The translations under genes were made by a program, and so were the position numbers. The notes beneath the pieces were generated by a model. The model ran no database searches and was not told the origin of the DNA. It worked only from the letters and a program-made list of their open reading frames with translations. A DNA stretch of 64,000 nucleotides from Paecilomyces variotii (Eukaryota), in NCBI GenBank assembly GCA_004022145.1, contig RCNU01000004.1; one strand, given 5' to 3'. Below are positions 12,809 through 25,451 of the stretch, in pieces. Numbering within the stretch: position 1 is the stretch's first letter; every line of letters starts with the position of its first letter.

Positions 12809-13696
12809 ATGGCTCCCAAGATTCTCGTCGTCCTTACTTCCCAGAACAAGATCCCCAAGACCGGAGCCCAGACCGGTTGGTACTTGGTATGTGTAACGAG
12901 GACTTTCCCAACCCACCCACACACCCTGAAGCAGCCGCTAACATAACGATTTCTCTTTTACTTTTTCCAGCCTGAATTCGCACACCCCCACGAGGTCCTC
13001 CATACCAAGGCCGACCTGACCATCGCATCGCCTCATGGCGGCGAAGCCCCCCTCGACCCGAACTCTGTCAAGGCCTTCGAGAAGGATGAAATCTCGCAAA
13101 AGTTCCTGAAGGAGCAGAAGAATCTGTGGACCAACACGGCCAAGTTGGCCGATCTAGTCTCCAAGGCGGGGGAATTTGATGCGATTTTCTATGTTGGTGG
13201 TCATGGACGTAAGTAACCGTCTTCCAAATGAAGTAGTAGTCTTCCTGCAAGAAAGGGACAAGTTGCTAACAAGTGGTGATTTATCTCTTGGCTTTTTATA
13301 GCCATGTTCGACCTCGTTGATGAACCCAACTCCCTCGCTCTCATCCAGTCTTTCGCTGCGGCAAAGAAGCCCGTCGCGGCTGTATGTCACGGACCGGTTG
13401 CGCTGCTCAACGCGACCGCGCCCTCGGGCGTGCCTCTGATCTCAGGCGCTTCTGTGACTGGATTCTCGAACGAAGAGGAGACCCAGGTCGGTCTGCTGGA
13501 GGCGATGCCGTTCCCCCTGGAGACCGAGCTGAACCGCGTCTCGGGCGGTGGATATGTCAAGGCTGACCAGGCTTGGGGTGAGAAGGTCGTTGTGGCCAAG
13601 ACGGCGGGCACGGGGGCGCCATTGATCACAGGTCAGAACCCTGCCAGCGCGTCGGGCGTGGGCAAGGCGATCCTGCAGGCTCTGGGTGTTCACTGA
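12809..13696 (+). CDS. DJ-1/ThiJ/PfpI family protein (Hsp31-like glutathione-independent glyoxalase)
   Basis: MAPKILVVLTS...TGWYL|PEFAHP...FYVGGHG|PMFDL...AVCHGP...ITGQNPASA. Catalytic Glu and Cys-His are present; introns about 12887-12970 and 13209-13301. Confidence 0.92.
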
Positions 13697-14495
13697 ACGA
13701 AATCCCCTTGAACGTTCTATATCGATGGTTGATTTGGCTCGAGGGTTTGCGCAGGAGAGACGATAAATGTTGTAATGCCCACGCGTGTATGCTAGTATGC
13801 GCTCATAATACTTAATGTCTCTACGGGAATGAAGACTAGGAATTCCAAACTAGCGAATTCTCAGAATAATTCACTATAGTTATTGATCCCGTCTGAGGGG
13901 TCGGCGCTATGTCCACTTTCGACTCTTAATCAAAGGAAATGAAAAAGGAGACGGACTGGGGAATTGCCGATATAAATTAGAAGATAAATAAAACTTCGAC
14001 TTCAACAACAAAGATCCAGCTAGTAAATTGCACGCACAGTCGACTGCGCTCGTTGGTTGGCAAGGAAACGAACTCAGTTTAGATGATTTGAGTGATTGAT
14101 GGGTCAAAAGAACCGATCAGGGAGAAACACAAAGATAGACAGGACAAGACATCGTAATTGAAATGTACGCAAGTGGTATCGCTGCACGACTGCTGACGGC
14201 AAGAACTACCGTCGCTGTCGATTGATGGGGATATCTGGCGGGAAAGATAATAAACTTGTGAATGATAATAGGAGGAGAAAGTGGGATTGGCTGTATGATA
14301 GGAGAAATCGAGAGTGGAAAAGGCACGTGGAAAGCAATCGAGATATGGAAAAAGGCCAGTAGGTGTGGTGGTCGAGGGCGGAAAAGCGCACGTCTCGAAA
14401 TGGGGTATGATATGTCGCAAAGGAAAAGGAAACAACTAGGGTATTTGTACACCGGGATATATCGACAACAGCAGCCTTGAATCTGACGCTACCAT

Positions 14496-17400
14496 CTATC
14501 GCGCCGCTTCCATGTTGCCGGTCAACTCTGCAACGCGGGCCTTGATACGAGCAACACGAGATTCGATAGCTGAAAATAATATTAGACACTTTCAAATTTA
14601 GGGGCTTTAGGGTTATACTCACTCTCCTCTCCACTGGTATCACCGTCGTCAGTCCTTTCAGTAAGGCTGGTCCGGTTTCCTGCCTCGAATTGGGCAGCAG
14701 CCCTCTCCGCGGCCTGCTTGCGGATCTGTGCCCACCGATCATGCGATGGCGAGACCGGCTCGGTTGGCTCAGGGCTGGACTGCCCGTTTGTTGCAGTATC
14801 TATAGGCTGCCTTGTATCAGGGAACGATTCCGACACAGGCGAGTCTTGCGGCGTTCTGGCTGGCTGATCAACCAGAGGACCCTGGTCGAACGAGGAGAAT
14901 TCACGATCGGCTGCGGCTTTCTCGTCAGTGTTGACGCGGGAAAGGTTGTCATAGTCCGCGTCCTTTCGGGTCTGTGGAGGTCCATTCGCTGGAAGTGAAA
15001 CTGGAGCTTCCTGCGCCTTCTTGGATCCCTGAAGTTCCGGCTCTACTGCCGCTGGTTCTTCCACCGGTTTTGGTGTGGAAGGCTTGGACTCAGGGGCAGG
15101 CGACGGGCTTTCGGAGATAGACTTCTTCTTGAATCCAGACAGACGCTTGTAGGAGCCAGGCTTGGGGCCAGGCTTTTCTTGAGCAGCCTTGTTTCTGCCC
15201 TCCAGAGCAGCGCGTGCGGCGGCGACAGCACCCTGTCCACCAGTGGGCTTCATAGGAGGCGTATCGACCTTCTTCTTGTTGCCGCCGAAGATGCCCTTGA
15301 ATCCTGTGTTGCCGGTCTTCTTCTTGAGCTTTTTATGTTCATCCGTGGAGGCGATGGACTTGGGCGACTGCGGCGACGAGGGTTCCTTAGCCGGCTGTGG
15401 AGTAGGGGCAGGTTGGGGTTCAGGAGTCTGTTCCACAACTGGTGTAGCAGGGGGCTCTGGCTCTGGCAAAGGAACGGCGGCCGCTTCAACAGCGTCTTTG
15501 TTATTTGGAGCCTCCACAGGTTTGGCTGGAGGCGCTGGCGCTGGCGCTGGAGCTGGAGTAGGAATAGCCGCTGCAACGGGCGTGACCTCACGCTTCTGTT
15601 GCGGGGAGGTCGGAGTAGCTGGAGGAGCAACCTTGGTTGTCGTGGTTGGGACAGGCGAGGCGCTTCGCGATCGATCATTTGCTTGGAGGTTCAGCGTATC
15701 TGTAGGGGCTCCGGTACCTGCGCGGTTGTCTCTGAGATATGCGGAACGGACAGCATCCTTATCGTAGATACTGGCCCACTTCATCGCCTGAGAAGCCTCG
15801 TTCAGGATCACCGGTTGTAGAGTCATTACAGAGTTCGTCTTCGTGGAATGAGCATCCTCAGGAATTCTGGCTCGACGTTCATTGGCGACTTCTTCCTCCT
15901 GCTCCTGGCGCTTCTTCTGAAGAGCGGCGGCGGCGGCCTGTATCCTGGCATGCTGGTCTGGCGCAATGCTGGTCTTGCTTTGAGGAGCAGGGTTGTTTCC
16001 TCTTGCATAGGGTTGATCCAAGGGACTCTTCTTGGCCGTGGACTTCCGGCGAGTTACCTTGCCCTTCCTGCTAAACCCGAAGAATCTCTTCTTCTCTGCG
16101 ATATACGCACCAGGTTCAGGTTCAGGGGCTGCTCCTTTCACCTGCTCCTCGAGGACCAACCACTTGGCCCCGGCAATAATGGTTTCGATCAAAGCACATC
16201 GTCCAAAGACCGCCTTGCGTGCTGCTGGTTCCTCACCCGAGAGACTGCTAATCCAGACCCACCAGAATGAGTCGTCCAGGTCGATCCTAGTGACGTTGGC
16301 GAGTTCTCCGGGATCCAGAACAGATTCTGTATCGAGCGTGCGCTTATGCGACTGAGAGCTCTGGCCTCGGACGGATGCAATAGGAGGGAGCACCTTGTCC
16401 GGCGGCAGAAGGAGAGAATGGGGAGTTTTCATGCCGTTCTCGTCATTAAAACCCGTCGACAAGAAATCAGCCCAGGAAGGGGTTGTTGGACGACCTAGCG
16501 GACCCGCCGAGCGAGGGATTGACGACAAACCTGGAGCATCGCTTCCAGGGCTTGTCGTACCGTCAAGTGGTTCGTCTGTGTCCGACTCTACGCCGCCAAA
16601 TCCGATGTCTTCGAACCGGGACCACGACGCGTCGCGCAGGCTTGTTGAATCCTTTGTGCTTGAGACATGCGACGACTGGTTGGTAGAGGAGATGCACTTG
16701 AGCACTCTTAGACACTCATCAGTCAAGGCGCGCACCGGATCTTCGTAAGCGGCAAAGTCTTGCAATTCCTGATCACTATCCCTATATTCAAAATTCTTCG
16801 CGCGCCGTAGCAAGGCAAACGGGGTCGGGGAGACCGTATCCACAATCATGACGACCTTGGTTGTCGTGATCTGAAGCAGCGCAGGCGCTTCTGGCGGATA
16901 TTCCGTTGCTTGAACAAGGGACTGGAGAGCAATTGGAAGGGTCGAAATGCCCTTGATTGCGCGACCAGGATCCGGAGATAGGGAGCGCAGGTAGGCGAAG
17001 AATAGATGGCTCGCAGCATCCGCGGCACTGCAGAGATCATTGTCAATGTGATGAAAACACGAGGAGGCACGGGAAACTCACGCTGCCCAGTTCTTGTACG
17101 CTGCATCAAAGCCATTGCCGGCATCCGTGTGCTCGAACGCCCACCATCCTGCATATCTTGAGAGCTTTCTTCCACCCAGACCGTTCGACTTGCCATGAGC
17201 GGCAATCGCCGCAAGGAGGTCGAAGAAATCAAAGATGATCTTCGTTCGTGCATCTGATTCAACGCTGATTGGAATGAAAGTGGAAAAGGCATCGCGGGCG
17301 AAGTGTGAGTCTGCCGTGGCGTCAGATAAGCTTCACCGTCGCGTCTGCTTTAATCCGGAGACCATACCTTGCTCGCCAACCTTGAAGAGCTCGTAGGCTT

Positions 17401-17930
17401 CCCAAGTCACTACTCCTCCAGGGAGTCTGCTCCAGCACCATTTCAGCACACTGCATAGGACCTATACAACACGGAAAACCGAATTAGCCATGCTTCCTCC
17501 ATCGGATCTCGATTGTCATCTCCCACCATTGCCTCAGTCAACTTCAGCTCCTGCTTCAAAGCCTCCCCACGAAGGGGAGTCGATCGCTCTAGGTTGAAAT
17601 AGTTTCTAACGAACGTACGCGCCGCGCTGGGATCGGAGCTAGGACGGAAAGGAAGCAGCAGAAAGGGAATATCGAGAGCTATACATGCATCGGTTCGCGT
17701 CAGTTTCTGCGCGCACAATCAAGAGCCAGCGATGGCGACTCACCTCGAAACTTCAATTCCTGCGTACAACCGTGCAACAGCTCCTGCACCTCCTCCGGAC
17801 CGACTTCCGTTCTGAGCCATGCGTCGGTCCATTTTGGCTTCGAAGGCTCTGCGGGTTCCGACGTTTTCTTGGACTGCTTCTTAGCAGCCGCAGATTCTTT
17901 GCCCCGGAAGACACGCGTGAAAAAAGTCAT
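14496..17930 (-). CDS. MSB1: Msb1/Mug8-like morphogenesis protein (DUF1708-type N-terminal domain, long Pro-rich tail)
   Basis: Spliced N-terminus MTFFTRVFRGK...EEVQELLHGCTQELKFR|ALDIPFLLLPFRP...KWCWSRLPGGVVTWEAYELFK; WSRFEDIGF; DDSFWWVWISSL. The last exon TIESRVARIKARVAELTGNMEAAR* ends at 14496. Confidence 0.8.
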
Positions 17931-20918
17931 TGTCGAGGGACAAACAGCTCCGCGCTGATGATTCTGGATGGATTATCAGTGTCGCGCTGGTGTTGTGAAC
18001 GTGCATCAGATGGGGAAGGTCGATGGCGGTGAGGTTGCGGTCTAGATATAGCGCTTCGAGTTTCAGGATCTACAGTGCCCCGCGACAAAGGGTTTGTTTC
18101 TTGATAAAAAGAAAATAGAAATAGAAAAAAAGGATAAAAAAATAAAAAAGCGGAAGGAATTAAAAAAAAGAAATTCGTTAATGGTCGAAAGAAGCGCAGA
18201 GATTAGAGACTGACCGCGAGGGCCAAAGAAAGTTGCGAGCAAGCAACCAAGGTCCCAATAACGCAGGCAGTCTGGATAGCACAGACAAGAAGAGGGGGAT
18301 ATGAAACAACCTTGTCGTCAGAACAGCAGACCCAGAGGAGAAGCAGATGGACGTGCTTTTCCTGGCCCGAGAGGAGAGAAAAGGAGATGAGACGGGCGTG
18401 CGGCGGGAGCGGGCGTTATTAGGGAATTGTCGCGTTTAGTTTTTTTCGACGACTTTGGGGATCTCAGGGGTAGCTAGCTGGATCCTCGAAGGCGTCAAGA
18501 ACTTAGAAGAGTCTAGGTTAGATTTCTATCCGGGCCTCCAGCCACGGTCCAGAGTCCAGACGAGTAGATCCAGAGAGAGACTGCTCGTTTCTCCGCCGCA
18601 CGGTCAGGGTGAAGTCGATGATGGAGATTGGGGGTTTTTTCTTCCTCTACTACTTCAACACTACGATGATCCCATGCTTACCCCACGATGCGGTTGTGTT
18701 GTCGACAATAATAATGGCCGATACGTCAGACTGGCTGTCTTCTCTCGCGTGGAAACTTTTTTTGCACGCGTTTCTTTAGCTACTCCTGATTATGATTAGA
18801 GTAAACTTCCCCCGCTTCGGACTCGCTCATATCCGACGACGCAAGGGCATCAATCAGGCGGGTAGATATGTCTCCAGAGTTCACTTGCGGGTTCTGATAC
18901 TGACATCTTCTACATATCTACTTCGTACCAGACGAAACGCTGACGGCCCTGATACGACACTGCACCTGGCGTATACAAGAGCGCATTTAGGATTGCGGCC
19001 AGCGCGTCCCAGTCCGACACGTCGTGGTGCGTGACGATCCCGACAAGAGAGCCTGCACCCTCCAATAAGGCCACCGCGACGCGACGGACCTGGGTATTTG
19101 ATATTCACTATCCATGATCCCGACCGGGCAGAACGAAACCTGTCTGGCTGGTCGGTTCTCCTCGGTTTTCTTCCAGCGCTCCCGACCTGCTGGCCGACTT
19201 GCTCGACTATGCCCGATATGGGCGACGAGGCGAACTTTCGTGATAGCTTCGAGTCTAAGTTGGACGGTCTTAACCGAATTTTCTCGTCCAGTCGCTGACA
19301 GGCGCAAAGTCAAAATTACCCTGAGCCATGTCGACCTGCACCGCCCTGGATGGCAGTCCACCCAGTCATAGAAGGTCGTGAATAGACGATGGAACGAGCC
19401 AAGTATTCAGGGCCCTTCCAGACATTATTGGGTATATGAACTCTACTGCGTGCTTTCGCTGTCTGTGCGATCAAACGTCCACTCAAATTTTCCAACCCTC
19501 GCCCAGAAATCATCAATTTCGGACGCGGAAAACGAAAAAAAGGAGTTTGGTCGGTCTTTTCCTATCCGCGGTTAGAGTGCGGATAGTAACCGTGGCGCGG
19601 TCATCTTAGCCAGGAACGCCCGCCTTCGCTCCACCATCGCCTGTGGCCCTGTGCCCTTAATTTACCTTCTTTCCCACCTGTGGAGCGTCTAGAAAAGCTG
19701 CTTGACCAAGTTCTGGGTAGAGAAGCTTGGCCTATGGTGGCCGGCGTCCATGCTAGGCCATGTTCCTCGACTGCCCCAGCTTCAAGGTTCTCAGCCTGCC
19801 AAGCTGCTACGTATGGAGTTAACTCATCCTCAAGGGCATGTGATTTGAAAGGTGTAATCTCAGTAGCCAAGATGTCCATACGAGCACGGAGTACATCCTC
19901 ATGTAGGTAAACATTCTAGCATATTACTTGGATCTAGTTCTCGGAGATATTTTACTGCTCATCTCCGCTAGACTGTGTCACAGAATGCTGCAACTCGCAT
20001 AACATATAGACTCTGGAGTACTGGCATCTGGGTTCGGAATATGAGCTGGAGTTTTAATTACTCCCCAGAGTAGGTAGATGAGGAGCCTCCTGATGCTCTG
20101 TGCTCAGCGAGGGGTGGAGAAGGCATCCCGGCCTCCAAGCCCAATGTTACAGTGTATGAAACAATCGTGGACCTCCCGTGAGTCCGTAATAAATACCAAT
20201 TGCGGGAAGTAGCATCAACAGGACCAGAAGTCAGAGCCTTAGGTTGCGAGAGCCGTACAGCATTCTTTCTGGAACAATAATAATACAACTACGAGTTATG
20301 GAGTCTGATTGGGCTCTGGGTGTCGCTTAGTCCTTATTTGCTGGGGATGCCAGGTCCCAGGAGTAGAAATCTCCCCGCACTGATCTGGCAAGAATGTTAA
20401 TCTCACTTCCACTAGTTCTCTGTATACTTCAGTCACTACTGCACAGCTAGGTCTAGGTCTCAGACTGGGTGAGAAACGAGATATTCCTTAATGAGATTAT
20501 CGCTGATGGTGATCGCTGATGAGGACTGCTGATGATGGTTGCTGATCTGACAGTCTCATAATCTGCGAGGCTACACAGACACCTGGCGGCCCCCTGCGCT
20601 TCTGGGCGTGATCCAGCCAGGGGTTCTCCAAGCTTTGCCCCAGAATCGATACTGATTCGTCCTATAGGTAAGACGCACTGATTACGAACAGCGGATATAT
20701 ATCCTAAGGCTGGCAAGGCTAGCTGAAGGGTGGGACTAACATCTAGCGGACGACTTCATCGACTACCTACCAGACAGAGTCATCAGTAGTGTCTATGGCA
20801 AAAGGAATAACGTTGCGCGACAGTCGAGATGAAAGGATCGATGTGCCACAGATGTTTTCAAGCATCCGTTACTTACGTAGCACCCGCTGTTTTCGGATCT
20901 ATGACGACTGACGCGCAG

Positions 20919-21032
20919 TGTGACCTGATTGGCGCCTGCTGTGGGTTATAAATAGACGCCCGTTGGATTACTGTGACCTGCAGCCAATAGGACACGAGGA
21001 CGGCGGCTAATGGACAGCCTGCAGCCAATCAG
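20919..21032. promoter_or_regulatory. MEF2/Rlm1-type box TTATAAATAG (20946-20955) among three CCAAT boxes upstream of rlmA
   Basis: Matches YTA(W)4TAR. CCAAT at about 20928 (reverse), 20984 and 21025; TGTGACCTG and CTGCAGCCAAT each occur twice. The box could instead be a plain TATA element. Confidence 0.45.
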
Positions 21033-21760
21033 ACTGCATCTGGGCTGTGATCGGTCCGACCATTCAGCCGCAGCCGCAGCCCCTTTTGCGCTCGAAGAAG
21101 TCCAAAGCCCAACCAGATTGCCGCCCCTCCGAATTCCGCCTACTGAGCTTAAGCCGAAGGGAATTCCTCCACCTCCCACCGTTTTTCTTCTATCTTTAGA
21201 ATCAATCCTCTGCATGCTTCCCCTTCCCCAAACTTCTTGCCAACCCTTGCCGCACAGAGCCTCTGCGTGCCTACGCTTCTGCGCTGGGTCGATCTGAAGA
21301 TCGCCCACGTCCGCTTTATCGCTTTTGTTCCAACCACCACTCAGGCTGACAGGCCTGCCTCGTCCTCGGTTTCGCGACGGCCTCTCCAGCGACATTATCT
21401 CGCTGGCTGTCGCGCCTTTGTGCCAACGCATATTCCCGTCATCGTCGATCCCCTCCCCTGCAGGATTCTACGCAGGCCCTTATCTCTTTCTGGCTCCCTG
21501 GGAGCGTTGGTGTCGATAAAACAACTACGCATTTCTGTCTCTGCTGTCGTGTGGTTTGGGCGCGATCGAGGAACTGCGCGCTCCGCGTCTTCCGCCTGAG
21601 AAGCAGACACGGCCTGGATTCAGCAGCGACAGAGGTCGACAACACTGGTACACATATAAGCGACGAAATATCCTCATCGTTGGTGAGGTCTCAATCGAGA
21701 CCGTTGTTATCACGGTCACCGTACCGCCCGACCTGATCTGGTGATATCTCAGCGGCGATC

Positions 21761-23789
21761 ATGGGTCGGAGAAAGATTGAGATCAAGGCGATCAAAGATG
21801 ATCGCAATCGCTCAGTGTAGGTTTGGACTTGCGCGGCGTATGACATTTGTATTGGATCAGGCTGACCAGCATTCTTGATCAATAGCACTTTCTTGAAACG
21901 AAAAGGCGGTCTCTTCAAAAAGGCACATGAACTGTCCGTCCTCTGTTCCGTCGATGTCGCCGTCATCATCTTCGGTCACAACAAGAAACTATACGAGTTT
22001 TCTTCCGGTGATATCCGCGAAACGCTAGGGAAATACCAATACGTGCGTATACCCTGATAATGTTCCATACCTGGCGCAGTAGCCCTCGAAGGTAGTGTTT
22101 GGGTGATAGTTGCTGATGGCTAAACTATTGCAGTACCATCCCCATGAGCACAAAGGACCAGCAGACTTCGCGGGGAAGCGCGATGCGGACGACGACGACG
22201 AGGATGACTCCCCAGGCCCAGAAGAACCGCCTCAGCAGGGCCATCCTATGGTGCCTCCGCATCTCCAGAACCAACCTGGCTTCCAGCACATCAACCATGC
22301 GCCATCTGCTTCCCCGCCCATCCCCAACGGAGTTCCCTTTGTTCCCCGCCATGGAACTCCTCAGCCGCAGGGACTGTCTCGACCGTCGTCAAGAACGCAT
22401 ATGCGTCGAGTGAGCTCGAATCTAGTGCCGCAACAGCATGCGCATGCTACTCCGCCTCCGCAGAACGGTTTTGCCTATATGCCTAACCCCTCCATATATA
22501 ATCCGAACGCGCCTCCCCCTATGCACCAGCAGCCGCCCAGGCCTGGTCAGTTCCCGCAATACGGCCATCCGGGTCCTATCCCTCAGCATCAGCCTCCTCA
22601 TCCGCATCCTCAGCACCCGCAGATGCAGCATATCCCACAACATCCACCCGCCCACGGGCTTCCGCAGCAACATCCACAACATGGTCTGCCGCCGCACCAG
22701 CAGTCCCATCCGGGTCTCCCGCAACAGTCACCGCCGCTGTCGCAACAGCGACAGCACCCACAGCTACCGCCGCAAGTCACACAGGCCTACATCCCAGACC
22801 AGGGACGGCATTCCATGCCCGCGACGTTCCCCCCAGAGCACCAGCACCAACCGCAGCCGCAGCCGCGTCCAATGCCCGTGCCAGAACCGTCAGCTCAGCA
22901 GATGTCGATGCCTCCCAAGTCTGAGGGCAGTCTGTCCCCTCCAGAATCGAAGCAGCAGCAGCAGCAGCAGCAGCCGCCACCGGTCAAATCACGCAGCATC
23001 TTCACCCCAATCGACGATCGTGGTTCGGTTCTGGCTCGTCATTTTGGGGTGGGTCCTCCCACGAGTGAATCTCCGCGGAATGATGCACAATCCAGGCCAG
23101 ACCAAGAGAATACCAATACACCGACTGTCACCACTGGACCGCCTTCTGCTCCTCTGCCTCCTGCACGATCTGCGACAGATCCGCAGCGCACACGATCAAT
23201 GCCGTCGATTCCCGAGGTCAAGCCACCGTTGAAAAGCAACAGCCTTCAACTCAATGCCAAACGACCGCGTCTGAAGGTGCAGATTCCGAGCGAGAACTCG
23301 GATGGCGGAAGTGCAACGGCAGATTCGTCTCCCCGTGGCTCAGCAAACAAGACAGCAACTCCCGCCAAGGCAGCTGACGGGAGTCATTCGGGAGTTGTAT
23401 TGCCTCCTCCCTCGCCCTCTGCGGGCGCCCTTCTCAGTGCTGGCGCACAAGGTCCTCCGAACCCTTTCGCGCGACCTCCTCCACCTGGAGCTGCATCCCA
23501 GAACGGCACTGCGTATAATAACAACAACAATATCGAAACCCCGATTTCGGCGCTCCCTAGCCGTTTCGTTTCTGACGCTCTTCTTCCATCCCCCTCGAGC
23601 TTCTTCCCGGAGTGGGGTTTTGGTCGGTCTGGGCCCGACAGTAATATGTTGCCCAGCCCGCTTACGTTCCCGACTCCATCGGTTCAGAACGGTCCTGGAT
23701 TCGCGCGGGAAGACGAAGTGGACAAGAAGCGCAAGAGCCCCGAGAGCGGTCCTGGCAGCGACGCGGGCAGCAAGAGGGTGAAGACCTGA
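21761..23789 (+). CDS. rlmA: MEF2-type MADS-box transcription factor of the cell-wall-integrity pathway
   Basis: [52 protein letters not shown]-docking-like [21 protein letters not shown] and [14 protein letters not shown]-rich region with a CAG run; two introns. Confidence 0.95.
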
Positions 23790-25451
23790 TAGGCCACACC
23801 TTATATTCGGCTTTATGATTGAACATTCATTTTCTAATTGCTGTCTTGATGATCTCATGGGCTGGCTGCATTTTCCGGCGTTGTGAAATATGAACGTTCT
23901 CTTTTGGTCCAAGTCCCGTCCTTGGAGGCTGGCTTTTGCGGGACAAGCTCTCTGCTATTGTCCATGCTATCCTTTGCATTTCATGAATTCGTTCATCTGT
24001 CATATCTTCTCCACTGTCTTTGAGTTTTGCTTTTTCGCCCTTATAATATCCACCAGCATCCTACCTGCACTATCTGTAACTTCTTGGTATGTGTCTCCTT
24101 GCTATACCCCTTTCCTGTTCTTTCTGCCAAAACCACGACTCTGTCTTTGCATCAATCTACTTTTTCTCCTCTCTCGGATCAAGAAGCTACGTTTCTTTTG
24201 CATCTCGCGATGCAGTACGATACAACAGGACACTCGTTTTTGGTTCTCTTCTCCCTGTCCTTTTATAAACCCGGGTCTTCGTTTCCCGGTGGTAATTACC
24301 TTCTGATACTAGGCTGGCTTACATTCTTTCAGGGGGTCCGGAGCGGAGTCTTCTGCCTAGAATGATTTACTATGCTCTACCTCCTTCTAATAATGTGCAT
24401 ACCACACCTTCATTGGGTGCTTCAAGATAATGACGGAGGAGGAACGGGAAACTGTGGTCTTGATTAACTTTTCGTCATCGGAGGCCGGGGCGTGTTCTTT
24501 TCTCTGCGGGGGGTGGGGGAGGAAAAGACAAAATAAATGGACGTACAGTATTATATAACTAGTATATAGGGGGAAACACTCGAATCAATAAAACTATTTC
24601 ATTGGGATATCTCTCATTTTTACTTGTATAACTAGTCAAAATCACTGATGACCAAGTTTAAACTCCGCTGGCACACACACGTCTGTGGATGGTGCCCCAA
24701 GGTTTGTCGCAGGTGAGAAACCCCTCGAGAGATCGTACACAAACAAATCCGGAAAGCGACAGCCCTTCTAGAAGTGATGTACATAATCGCAGTTTGCGAT
24801 TCAGCTTGCTAGAGTCTAAGGCTTGCATGTATATATATATATATATATACAAAAGGCTTCTTGTATCACGCATCCAGCACGAGGGGATCTAGATCATGGT
24901 ATGCTGAATCTATCTATCTATCTACTGGTCCATTCTGGATAACCCATGGTCTGGTTGTTGGATTCTTATAGAGATTCCCTTTTTTTTTTTTTTCCTTTTC
25001 CTTTTTCTTGGTGATTATAAGTTTATAACCACACGGTAGGCTATGTATGTATGTATAGTATGCAAAGATGTACAGTACATGACCTGTGACCATGATAGAA
25101 GGGATCGTATGATAATGATGATGATGATGATGATGCTATGCATTTCTTTTTTTTTTCCCTCTCGGTTTCCTCCGATTTCTTTCCCATGACCTGAGTCAAG
25201 TAAGTCAGGCGAAATAATGACATACATCTGAACTTCGTCAATGGACTTTTTTTTTCTTCTTCCCCTTTTCTCGTCTATTGTATCGTGCGCTCGTAATGCG
25301 TCGTAGATGTCGAAGGATGGGGCGGGGTAGTTGGTTTAAGACATTAATATTATGAAATATAAATAGAGGAATGGGATTTATTGTAGGATCTCGATTCCGT
25401 TATCAAGGGTCTTTTTTTTTTTTTCGACCCTGACTAACGGAGATAATGAGA

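Noticed and set aside
14496..17930. Naming the gene mesA
   Set aside because: The sequence fits the Msb1/Mug8 (DUF1708) type; MesA is, as I recall, an unrelated Afi1-like protein.
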